In this document: positions 9,526-18,696 of the stretch, one piece after another
How positions within the stretch are numbered: the stretch's first letter is position 1
Layout of the letters: every line of letters begins with the position of its first letter
Origin: Candidatus Multivoradales bacterium
Lineage (GTDB): Bacteria > Acidobacteriota > Thermoanaerobaculia > Multivoradales > J023
Length of the DNA: 64,000 nucleotides
Direction: 5' to 3'
Assembly: GCA_965248925.1 (NCBI GenBank)
Contig: CBDFLE010000006.1
Coordinates: 4,960,001-5,024,000 of the forward strand
Made by a program: the position numbers and the translations under genes
The notes under the pieces: generated by a model
The model's input: the letters and a program-made list of their open reading frames with translations, nothing else
Told to the model about the DNA's origin: nothing
Database searches by the model: none

Positions 9526-10310
9526 ATGAGCAGAGTATCTCCCGAGTTCGAAGCGGCCCTTGGCGAGTCGATCGCCGCCCTACTGGCGGAGTCTCCAGAC
9601 CAAGAACTGGCCCATCCTTCCATCGACGATTGGCTAGCCTATCGGCGGGGAGATCCAGGGGAAGCCGAGAACTTGCGCTTGCAAGAGCATCTTCATGTTT
9701 GTCGGTCCTGCTTGGAAGAGCTGCTCGATCTGCAGGACTTTGTCGAGCCGGCCCCGCCATCGGACTCGAATATCTCGGACCTCTCCAAGGCAGCGGTTTG
9801 GCGGGAGTGCGCCGCCGGCTCGCGACGCCCCGCAGTTGGCCGCGCAACAGCTTGGTAGCGGCACTCTTTGTCGGCCTGATCGCCGCCGTTTCCTCCTCCT
9901 ACTCCAAGCACCAGCAGTTGGTCGCAATGTTGCGACCGACCACCGAAGCCAGAGTGCTCCACCTGGATTCAGCCAACGTACGCTCAGGCGGCCGCCCAGC
10001 GATGCCCAGCAATGCTCAGCAAGTAACGCTGGTCCTGCACCCGGAAGAGATCCGGGATTTTTCAGCTTTTCGAGCCGACTTGATCGATGCTCAGGGGCAG
10101 CGGCGCTGGCAGGGAGAAGTGCAGCGCGGAGCCTGTGAGATCGCCAGTGCGGATGCGGCCTACAGCTTCTGCATCGGCTTGCGTCGGGGGTTCTTGCCAG
10201 TCGGTGAATACAGAGTCGATCTCTGGGGACGCGACGACGAGGCATGGGAGAAGATCGACACCTTCCCCTTGGTGTCTAGAGAGCAGCACCCATCCCAAGG
10301 AAGTGGTTAG
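9526..10310 (+). pseudogene. Zinc-binding (HxxxCxxC) transmembrane anti-sigma factor, split by a 1-nt frameshift near 9803-9806
   Basis: 5' part EHLHVCRSC; 3' part in another frame begins VRRRL followed by a TM helix. One extra base restores a single ORF. May be a sequencing error. Confidence 0.75.
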
Positions 10311-10321
10311 ATATCGACTCG

Positions 10322-13300
10322 ATGACAGCACCCAGACTCACTCCAAGATCTTCAGCTCTGCTGTTGTTGCTGGCGTTCTGGCTGCTGCCATCCTGTCAGC
10401 CACCGACTGAAACGAGCCCAGCAGCGACGGAGCCGGTAGCTATCCCGGTTGCCGAACCCACCCAACTCCCTTGTCGGCCCATCAATCTGGTGGCGGATCA
10501 GCCGCTGACCCGGACCTTGCCCGAGAATGGTTGCGATCGCTTCGAGATCGAGTTGGAGGCCGGTAGCTTTCTGCAGATTGAGGCTCAACAGATCAGCGTT
10601 GACCTGAAGATCGAACTCTACGGACCGGGGGGGGCGGAGCCGTTGGTGGTTGTTGACAGCCATTTTGTCAGGGAGGGGGATTGGGGCGAGAATCTAGAGT
10701 TGCTCTTAAGGGTGGCCGAGGTCTCAGGGATCTACAGGGTTGAAATCATAGGATGGGAAGGGTCCTTTGGAGGATATCAAGCACGATTAAAGCAAGTGCG
10801 TGTCGCCGAGATCCATGATCGCGACGCCTCGAAATTATGTGAACTACTGTACAAGGCTGACTACGAATCTGACCACGAGAGATATAAGAAAGCGGAGAAG
10901 ATCTTAGGTGAAATGATGATACTTGCTCGAAAGAGTGGGGCTTTGCGTTACGAGGCAATTGCAGGCCAACGGCTTGGTCGCATTCATAGAAAATTTCTAG
11001 AGGATCTGACATCTGCGGAGCGTTTCTATAGCCAATCACTTATTGCCTACAGGAAGATTGATGACCTTTTCGAGCAGTCTGTAGTTCTCAACAACCTAGG
11101 TCGTATTCATCGTGCATGGGGAAGAATGGACGAGGCAGTTGAATTCTGGGAGCAGGCTCGGGATCTCAAGAAATTGGCAGGTGATAAACGTGGGGAGGCA
11201 AGATCTTTCGCCAACCTAGGGAACGCTTTCAGGTTTCACGGTCAATTTCAGCAAGCACTGACCGCCTATGACCAAGCCGTGCAAGTGCTCTCGGAAGGAG
11301 TGCCAGAAGTAGGCGTTGGCATTGTTCTGAACAACAGGGGAACGCTGTACTCCCTGCTTGGCGACGATCGTCAAGCTCTTGTGGATCATCGCCGGGCTTT
11401 GGATCTGGCCCAGCAAGTTTCGGACCTTCGGTTGCAGGCCGACTCAGAGACTGCGATCGGGCGGATTCAAGATCGTCTCGGGGAGTCTCAGGTAGCTTTA
11501 GGCACGCTCAAGCGAGCCCTCGATCTGCAAACAGAAGCTGGGACCCGACTTGGCAGAGCTAGAACCCTTCGAAGTCTTGCTTCAGCCTACGAGCAACTAG
11601 ATCGGGACACACAGGCCAGAGCGATTAGTCTTGAAGCGCTTACCCAGTTTCGAGACCTCGAGTCACCTCATGGAGTAGCTACTGTGCAATCTGGCATGGG
11701 TCGTATTTTGCTGAAGGAAGGGAACGGTAAAGGAGCCTTGGCATATTTTCGTGAAGCCTTAGACGGTTTCAGGCAGGTGAGTGATACCGGTGCCGAGATT
11801 GAAGTTCTAGCGGAGATCACCAAAGTAGAGCGTTTCTTGGGGCGTCCGGGGTCGGCTGCCCAAACAGCTAGACTAGCTCTGGAGGTCTTCGAGGAAGTTC
11901 GAAGTCAAGCGCCGGGATTCTATCTGCGTTCACAGTATGCTTCTTCTCAGAGGGGGCTGCATGACCTGTTGGTCGAATTGCATATGGAGCTTTCTAGAAA
12001 AGACCCGTCGGGAAAACACGACAGTGAAGCGTTACAGTTCAGCGAGAGATCACGAGCCCGATCACTACTGGATTTTCTAGAGTTCGACATCAGAGGGTCA
12101 CGCCAGAAGGCCGACTCTGAACTGCTCGAAGAAGAGGAGGCACTGATCGAGATGCTGAGCGTTCTCGAGTCTGAACGTCTGGGTTTGCTCGATAGTCCTG
12201 AATTGGGGATGGAGGATCTGAAAGCCGTTGAGGGGCGGATCGCTGAGCTTGTTCGCGAACTCCGCAGTGTGGGAAGCCAGATTGAGATTGGAGACTCATC
12301 CCACCCGCAGGACCGCAGTGCTGTGCTTACTGTTGACGAGATTCAACGGTTGGTTCTGGATGAAGAGACGCTTCTTTTGCAATACTTCCTTGGCCGCAAT
12401 CGGAGCTATCTCTGGGTGGTTTCAACGGATTCCATAGACACATTTGAGCTACCTTCTCAAGGGGAAGTTGAGCGCCTTGCACGACGAGCTTATGAGAAGA
12501 TAAGTAGTCGCCGCTCGCGTGCGACTCGTCAGCGCGAAGTGCTGTCGAGGTTGAGCGACGTTCTGCTTGGTCCTGCGGCCCATTTGCTGGCTGAGAAGCG
12601 TTTGTTAGTGGTTGCCGATGGGGCTCTTCACTATCTTCCCTTTGGCGTGATGCCTGAGCCACGGCATCCTAATGACGTTGGTGACCGGATGCTTCTCGTA
12701 CAACGGCATGAAATCGTTACAATGCCATCTGCATCGGCATTGGCGGCTCTTCGTCGCCGAATAGAAGACCGGCTTTTGCCGCGTGAAACCGTCGCGGTGC
12801 TTGCAGACCCCATTGGCCTTTTCGAGCCTGAGACAGAGCGAATGAGTAGCGGAACCCTAGAAGCAACTAGTAGACAATACAAGCCCTTGCCGTTCGCCCT
12901 TGAGGAGGCAGAGGCGATCATTCGGCTCTCAGGAGAAGAAGGGAGTTTTCTGGCAAGTGGATACGACGCTACTCTGGAGCTAGCTACCTCGGCACGATTA
13001 CGCGATTTCAAGATTGTTCATTTCGCTACCCACGGTGAACTCAATGCAGATGCTCCCGAGCTTTCACAACTTGTGTTCTCGCGTTTCGATCGAGAGGGGC
13101 GCGTGCTGCGAAACAGCTTGTTCGTGCATCAGGTGTTCCAACTTGATCTTCCCGTGGAGTTGGTGGTGGCGAGTGCCTGCAGCACGGCGTTGGGCGCAGA
13201 GGTTCGAGGAGAGGGCCTTATCGGTCTGACTCAGGGCTTTCTGACCGCCGGTGCCGCGCGAGTCTTGGTTAGTTTATGGCGAGTCGATGATCGTGCTACT

Positions 13301-13498
13301 GCTGAGCTAATGGAGCGATTCTACCGCTACTTGCTAGTCGAACGATTGGCTCCTGCTTCCGCACTCCGTTCGGCCCAGTTGTCGATCCGCAAGGACCCGA
13401 GATGGCGGGCACCGTATTTCTGGGCTGGATTCGTCCTGCAGGGGGAATGGCGCTCGTTCGAGGTAGGCAGGTCGCTCGGTGCTGCGTCGGCGCACTAA
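10322..13498 (+). CDS. TPR-repeat CHAT-domain (caspase-like protease) protein, putative lipoprotein
   Basis: Signal ending LLPSC, PPC-like beta domain, TPR repeats (LNNLG, FANLG), SERSRARSLLD, catalytic HFATHG and VASACST, SLWRVDD, PYFWAGF. Confidence 0.93.
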   Translation: MTAPRLTPRSSALLLLLAFWLLPSCQPPTETSPAATEPVAIPVAEPTQLPCRPINLVADQPLTRTLPENGCDRFEIELEAGSFLQIEAQQISVDLKIELYGPGGAEPLVVVDSHFVREGDWGENLELLLRVAEVSGIYRVEIIGWEGSFGGYQARLKQVRVAEIHDRDASKLCELLYKADYESDHERYKKAEKILGEMMILARKSGALRYEAIAGQRLGRIHRKFLEDLTSAERFYSQSLIAYRKIDDLFEQSVVLNNLGRIHRAWGRMDEAVEFWEQARDLKKLAGDKRGEARSFANLGNAFRFHGQFQQALTAYDQAVQVLSEGVPEVGVGIVLNNRGTLYSLLGDDRQALVDHRRALDLAQQVSDLRLQADSETAIGRIQDRLGESQVALGTLKRALDLQTEAGTRLGRARTLRSLASAYEQLDRDTQARAISLEALTQFRDLESPHGVATVQSGMGRILLKEGNGKGALAYFREALDGFRQVSDTGAEIEVLAEITKVERFLGRPGSAAQTARLALEVFEEVRSQAPGFYLRSQYASSQRGLHDLLVELHMELSRKDPSGKHDSEALQFSERSRARSLLDFLEFDIRGSRQKADSELLEEEEALIEMLSVLESERLGLLDSPELGMEDLKAVEGRIAELVRELRSVGSQIEIGDSSHPQDRSAVLTVDEIQRLVLDEETLLLQYFLGRNRSYLWVVSTDSIDTFELPSQGEVERLARRAYEKISSRRSRATRQREVLSRLSDVLLGPAAHLLAEKRLLVVADGALHYLPFGVMPEPRHPNDVGDRMLLVQRHEIVTMPSASALAALRRRIEDRLLPRETVAVLADPIGLFEPETERMSSGTLEATSRQYKPLPFALEEAEAIIRLSGEEGSFLASGYDATLELATSARLRDFKIVHFATHGELNADAPELSQLVFSRFDREGRVLRNSLFVHQVFQLDLPVELVVASACSTALGAEVRGEGLIGLTQGFLTAGAARVLVSLWRVDDRATAELMERFYRYLLVERLAPASALRSAQLSIRKDPRWRAPYFWAGFVLQGEWRSFEVGRSLGAASAH

Positions 13499-13567
13499 AC
13501 ATTCAGAAGTAACGCTGATCTTAATGCTTGAACGGTCTACTACCGGCACCCCGAATAGGAGCGAGCT

Positions 13568-13777
13568 ATGCCAGTGTACTTGGATGAAGAGGGCCATGGT
13601 GATTCAGAACTTGATCAGCAGGCTAGAGGCTTAAGCACTACCGATCTCACGGTCCGCTGCTCCTGCAGCCGAGAGATGATCCGGAGCGGGCTGCGTAAGG
13701 AGCCTGACCAACATGTCTACACTTATGGGTGTAAGCGGTGCAGTTATGAGATTGAGGTCTTGGTGCCATCGTTCTAG
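13568..13777 (+). CDS. Small putative zinc-ribbon protein
   Basis: AGGAG RBS; CSC...CKRC Cys pattern. Confidence 0.5.
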   Translation: MPVYLDEEGHGDSELDQQARGLSTTDLTVRCSCSREMIRSGLRKEPDQHVYTYGCKRCSYEIEVLVPSF

Positions 13778-13933
13778 GTCGCAATCTATCTTGACGTTCT
13801 CTATTTCTGAATGGAACACGGTTCCCTCTCGGTCCGCGGCGGTTCTTTGTCTGCCGGGATCGAGAGCTGCTGCTGTGGCAGAGCGGCTACTTTTTTCGTT
13901 GCCTTGTTGCAGCCTGACTTTTGGGGGATGGGT

Positions 13934-16555
13934 ATGCCCAGTATTGACGACTCACAGCTGGTTCCAGACCAGGTTCTAGACGAGCGCTACAAGATCTACA
14001 CCTTGCTCGGTGGCGGCGGGCAGGGTGAGGTTTACCGTGCCGATGATATGAAACTGGGCAAGTTTGTGGCGCTGAAGGTACTGCATGCTAAAGGCCGGGA
14101 GGAGCGGCGGCGGCTGCGCCTGGAAGCTAGGGTGGCGCAGGAGGTGTCGCACCCGAATGTCTGCCGAGTGCACGATATCGGTGCGTTTGGCAAGCATGTC
14201 TACCTGTCGATGGAATACGTCGATGGTGAGGATCTGGGCAGCATCTTGCACCGCGAGGTCGGCAGCCTGGGGGAGGGCGAAAAACTGTCGATCGCCTATC
14301 AGCTGTGCGCTGGGTTGCAAGCGATTCATGAAGCTGGGGTGGTCCATCGCGACTTGAAACCCGGCAATGTGATGATCGGCGGCCGCGGACGGGTGGTGAT
14401 CAGTGATTTCGGCCTCGCCGAGATCGGTGCTGGTATCCCCGATCCGAAGTCCGGTACTTGGCGCTACATGGCACCTGAGCAGTTGGCTGGGGAGGGGGTG
14501 TCGCAGAAGAGCGATCTCTATGCCCTCGGGCTGCTGCTGTTTGAGCTTTTCTGCGGCAAGAGCCCGTTCTCGGCCCGGTGTCCCGAAGAATTGATGGAAG
14601 TTCAGCGTCAGAAGCTCGCTTTCCCGGCGCAGCTCAAACCCGAGGTGAAGGAGGCGATTCGCCAATGCTTGCAGCCGCTACCGCAGCTGCGGCCGGCTTC
14701 GCCCTGGGCGGTCGCCGATCTACTACCCGGCGATATCGTGCAGATTCTGCACCCTGTGGACGGGCCGCCGCAGCCCGAGTCGTTGCTGCTTGTACCGCGA
14801 GGCAATCTCGGCCGCCGGGCAGCTTGGAGCTGCCTCTTGGCCATCATCGCCGCCTTGCTGCTGCTTGCCACCTTCGGCTCGCGAGCCCAAGTGGTGGGTC
14901 TGTCTGAGCTCTCCGAACCGCCAGCGGTGCTGGAGAGGCTGGCCCGTGAAGTGCTTGCTGAACTCGGCCGCAACCGCCCCGATTGGGACTCGATGAGTGG
15001 CTTCTCGTACGACGACAGAGCCGTGCGGCGGATCGCCAACCAGGATTCGTCACCGGATCGCTGGTCAGGGCTGGCCGGCAGTCGGGCTGACCCGGTCGAT
15101 TTCTGGTATCGCCAAAGTCCGGACAATCTTCTGCCTCTAGAGAGCGGCAGGATCATGGCGGCGGACGATGACCCGCCGGCTAACATTCCCGGAATGACCA
15201 CCGTCAGGCTGGATGTGCGGGGCCGGCTGCGCTCTTTTGAGGCTATTGTCATAACCCCCGCGTTGTCGTCGGTACCTACTTTGTCACCGGATCAGGAGCC
15301 GCCGCTTTGGTCGGCTTTGATGCCACCGTTGTTCACCGCGGCGGGGCTCGATTTCGAACCCTTCAGGAGGATCCTGCCGGTTGATCCTCTGCTGATCGAA
15401 GGGCACTTACCGGCCGCTTCCTGGATGGCTTGGGAGGGCCCGGACAGGCCAGAATCTAGCCATGCGATGCGGGTTGAAGCAGCCGTGGTCGGCAGCCGGG
15501 TCGTGGGATTTAGGGTTTTCGAGCTGCGCTCGCGAGAGACGCTCAGGGAACAACCCAGGCTGAGCAAGATCTTGGGACAAGTAGGGCAGTGGGTCACCAC
15601 CCTGTGGTTCACCATGACTCTGCTGCTGACCTTGGTGTGGACTCAGCACAACCTGCGCCGCCGCCGGGCGGATACCACTACCGCTCTGCGGCTGGTGATC
15701 CTACTGCTGATTATCAGGGGCGTGGTGTGGCTGCTGGGCGCCCATCATCTGCACGGCCTGGACGGGGTCCGGGTTTTTCGTGCTCAGCTAGCCTGGGCGC
15801 TCTACGATGGGGCTCTGGCGTGGCTGATCTACATTGCTTTGGAGCCCCATCTGCGGCGCCATTGGCCGGAGCGGTTGGCCTCGTGGGCGCGGTTGGTTCG
15901 CGGCCGGATCTTTGATCCGCTGGTAGGGCGCGATGTGCTGATCGGCATCTTCGGCGGCATCGCCGCGGTGCTCTCACAGCGTCTCTATGCGTTGGCCCCG
16001 GCCTGGTTGGGGATGCCACCACCTCGGCCCGATCTTCTGCAATCTCTGATTTGGCAACGCGGTTCGAGCTTCGGCGCCTTTAACGCCGAACTCGAAGCCC
16101 TACGCGGGTTTCGGCACGCACTGGCGATCGAGGTCTTAGTGCTGGAGAGGGCTCTGCTGTTGGCTTTCTGCGGGGTTGTGGGGGCGCTGATGCTGCGGAC
16201 CCTGCTGCCCGCCAGGTGGATGGCCCTGGTCTCGGTAATGACCTTGTTCACCGCTGTATGGTACCCAGTGGGTGCGGGGCATCCTCTGTTCGACCTGTTG
16301 ATGGCGGCGATCGCCACCGGTTTGTGGCTCTTGGTGTTGGTGCGGTATGGCTTTTTGGCGGTGGTGGTGACCACGGCCACCGCTTGGCTGTTGAACAGCC
16401 ATCCGCTGACCCTGGATTTCGAGAGTTGGTATTTCAATGGCTCAGCCGCGGTGTTGCTGACCATCGCGTTGGCTGCTTGCAGCGCTTTCTGGGTGGCGTT
16501 GGCGGGCCGCTCGCCTCTGCCTGAGATTGCGGTGATTCGAAACCGCGGGGAATAG
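13934..16555 (+). CDS. Hanks-type Ser/Thr protein kinase with periplasmic domain and polytopic membrane C-terminus
   Basis: GGGGQGEVY, VALK, HRDLKPGN, DFG, YMAPE, SDLYALG, then a TM helix, a soluble region and several TM helices. Start is uncertain (13811/13928/13934). Confidence 0.92.
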   Translation: MPSIDDSQLVPDQVLDERYKIYTLLGGGGQGEVYRADDMKLGKFVALKVLHAKGREERRRLRLEARVAQEVSHPNVCRVHDIGAFGKHVYLSMEYVDGEDLGSILHREVGSLGEGEKLSIAYQLCAGLQAIHEAGVVHRDLKPGNVMIGGRGRVVISDFGLAEIGAGIPDPKSGTWRYMAPEQLAGEGVSQKSDLYALGLLLFELFCGKSPFSARCPEELMEVQRQKLAFPAQLKPEVKEAIRQCLQPLPQLRPASPWAVADLLPGDIVQILHPVDGPPQPESLLLVPRGNLGRRAAWSCLLAIIAALLLLATFGSRAQVVGLSELSEPPAVLERLAREVLAELGRNRPDWDSMSGFSYDDRAVRRIANQDSSPDRWSGLAGSRADPVDFWYRQSPDNLLPLESGRIMAADDDPPANIPGMTTVRLDVRGRLRSFEAIVITPALSSVPTLSPDQEPPLWSALMPPLFTAAGLDFEPFRRILPVDPLLIEGHLPAASWMAWEGPDRPESSHAMRVEAAVVGSRVVGFRVFELRSRETLREQPRLSKILGQVGQWVTTLWFTMTLLLTLVWTQHNLRRRRADTTTALRLVILLLIIRGVVWLLGAHHLHGLDGVRVFRAQLAWALYDGALAWLIYIALEPHLRRHWPERLASWARLVRGRIFDPLVGRDVLIGIFGGIAAVLSQRLYALAPAWLGMPPPRPDLLQSLIWQRGSSFGAFNAELEALRGFRHALAIEVLVLERALLLAFCGVVGALMLRTLLPARWMALVSVMTLFTAVWYPVGAGHPLFDLLMAAIATGLWLLVLVRYGFLAVVVTTATAWLLNSHPLTLDFESWYFNGSAAVLLTIALAACSAFWVALAGRSPLPEIAVIRNRGE

Positions 16556-16694
16556 GGTAAGAGGTGCTGAATTTACCGCCGAGCCGGGTCTGCTCAGGGA
16601 TGCACTGCTGTCTGATCGAGTGGACGGTCGCCGGCAGCAGGAAAACGGTAGTCGGCGCTGAAGGGCTGGTGCGAGGCTTGCAGGTCGAACCGTC

Positions 16695-18488
16695 ATGATG
16701 CAAGCAAGCGCTGGCCGCTGCCTTCTCTTGATCTGTTGGGTCGGATTGACTTCTGTCGCGGCAACGCCCTGTCGGGCAGCTCCCGAACCCTCGCCGAAGG
16801 CAGTTTTCAACCAGCTCGATCGGCTCACCGCTATCGATGTCACCATCGAGGTCGCAAGGATCAAGGATCGCTGGAAGGCTGGCGAATGGCGACCGGGAGA
16901 CTTCCAAATTCTGCTGGATGCTCAGTCGCGGTCGGTGATCGGGGTGGAGCCAGTAGCTGCCGCGGGTGGCTGGCGGACGGTGATCTACTTCGATTTCGAA
17001 CTCGCAGGAGAACGCACGGTTCGCTGGGCTGCCGAGACTCTGGCCCAGCAGGCGAGCCGTTTGTTGGAGCGCGGCCAAGTTGAGGTTGTGGTGGCCGATC
17101 CGCTGCCCAGGCAGCTGCTACTGTCCAGTCGCGATCCCCAAGCCTTGCGCGCCGTCCTGAACGATCTTGCCTTGCGCCCTTCAGGCCGAGAAGTTCTGCT
17201 GCAGCTACGGACGGAGGTGTTGCAGGAGCTGGACCTCGGTGCTACTGAGCTGAGCGCCGACCAGCTGATGGGCTGGGCCAGCGGCGAAGAAGTGCTGCGG
17301 GTTCAGCGGCAGCAAGATCGACTGCTCGCTTGGTTGTTGCAGGCGGGCACTGAAGATGAGCGAGCTTTGTTCTTGGTCACTGACGGCTACGACCTGCGGC
17401 CAGCGGAATTTTACGCCTCTCAGGTCGACACCGAGGTGGCGACGGACCAGCAGGCATCGCTGGTGGTGGCCAGTAGCGAGCTGGCGCGGACTGTTGCTGC
17501 TTATGGCTGGCTGACGTTTCCGCTCAAGGCTCCGGCGGCGCAGCTTTCGGTGCCCGGCAAGCGGATAGGAAAGTGGCGGTTGCAGGGCTTGACGGCGGCG
17601 CGGGAAGCGGAGCGCGATCCGGAACTTGCCGAGGCCTACCTCGAACTCGGCGCGGCATTGCAAGTCCAAGGCAAGCTGGATGATGCGGAACGTGCCTATC
17701 GCAAAGCGCTGCACCACTTCTACCGCGACCCGCGCACCGCCGATCGGCAGGCGGCTGTGCTCGCCGGACTCGGCCGGGTGTTGCTGGCGCTGGACCAGGA
17801 GGCAGCCGCCCGTCGGGCTTTTCGCCAAGCTCTTGACCTCGATCCGCAGGTCGTCTTGCAGGAGGGTATTCCAGCTGCGATTTTGATCGCGCCTACAGTG
17901 CCGTTAAAGGAGTTGGCACAAGCCGCGGGCGGCCGTTTGTTGCGCCAAGCGGAGGCGGTGACTGAAGCGATCGACAGTTGGTCCCGCCGGGTGCGGTTGA
18001 GCTATCAAGTGGCGGGCGATCCGCTCGGCCGCTTGTGGCCGCTCGAGGTTCGCGGGCCGGGCGAGAAGGCGCTTATCGGTCCGGCCTGGGGGCGTTTCTC
18101 GACCCCCTTGACGGTGGCTAAAGCGCGTTTGCGACTGGCGCCGTCGACGATCGATGCCGCTGGCCTGTTGCCGTTGCGGGTCGATCTCTCTCTGCCTGCT
18201 TCGGCTGGCGAGCCGGCCAAGCTGCAAGTAGCGCTTGCAGAGGGCGCCGCCGATTTGTTGAGTGGCGGCGCGCTGCTGCGCACCAGTTGGGGAGCGGGTG
18301 TCGAAGAGCGGCTTCTGCGCAGCGAGCACCAACCTCCAGAATCACTGGCGGTGAGCGACCTCGTTGCCTGGCGAGACCATTTCGAAGTCGAGTCAAGGGT
18401 CGCCGAGGGCTGGGCGGCGGTGTTGGTCGAAGATCTTCTGAGTGGCCTCTGGCGGGTCGAGCTGGTGCCTTTGCAGCCGGACCTCTAG
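16695..18488 (+). CDS. Exported VWA-like/TPR-containing protein
   Basis: Signal peptide, VIYFD and LFLVTDGYD VWA-like strands, two TPR units (AEAYLELG..A..AYRKAL; A..AFRQALDLDP). Confidence 0.7.
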   Translation: MMQASAGRCLLLICWVGLTSVAATPCRAAPEPSPKAVFNQLDRLTAIDVTIEVARIKDRWKAGEWRPGDFQILLDAQSRSVIGVEPVAAAGGWRTVIYFDFELAGERTVRWAAETLAQQASRLLERGQVEVVVADPLPRQLLLSSRDPQALRAVLNDLALRPSGREVLLQLRTEVLQELDLGATELSADQLMGWASGEEVLRVQRQQDRLLAWLLQAGTEDERALFLVTDGYDLRPAEFYASQVDTEVATDQQASLVVASSELARTVAAYGWLTFPLKAPAAQLSVPGKRIGKWRLQGLTAAREAERDPELAEAYLELGAALQVQGKLDDAERAYRKALHHFYRDPRTADRQAAVLAGLGRVLLALDQEAAARRAFRQALDLDPQVVLQEGIPAAILIAPTVPLKELAQAAGGRLLRQAEAVTEAIDSWSRRVRLSYQVAGDPLGRLWPLEVRGPGEKALIGPAWGRFSTPLTVAKARLRLAPSTIDAAGLLPLRVDLSLPASAGEPAKLQVALAEGAADLLSGGALLRTSWGAGVEERLLRSEHQPPESLAVSDLVAWRDHFEVESRVAEGWAAVLVEDLLSGLWRVELVPLQPDL

Positions 18489-18501
18489 CTTGACTCCGCT
18501 A

Positions 18502-18534
18502 TTCGACACTACTGTTCGACACTACTGTTCGACA
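18502..18534 (+). repeat. 13-bp tandem direct repeat (ttcgacactactg, 2.5 copies) in intergenic DNA
   Basis: Read directly, upstream of the IOR gene. Confidence 0.9.
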
Positions 18535-18696
18535 TCGCCGCGGCGGAGCAGTGAGGGAAGGCCGCCAGCTCTGTCTGGCATCTTGCCGCTGCGGGCGTTT
18601 TTCTTGCAGCCGAAACTAGCGGACGGTACTCTCAGCAAACCTCTGAGATCGCTTGCCAATCCCTGGTGCAGTAGGGAGCAAGGTGGAACTACGACT

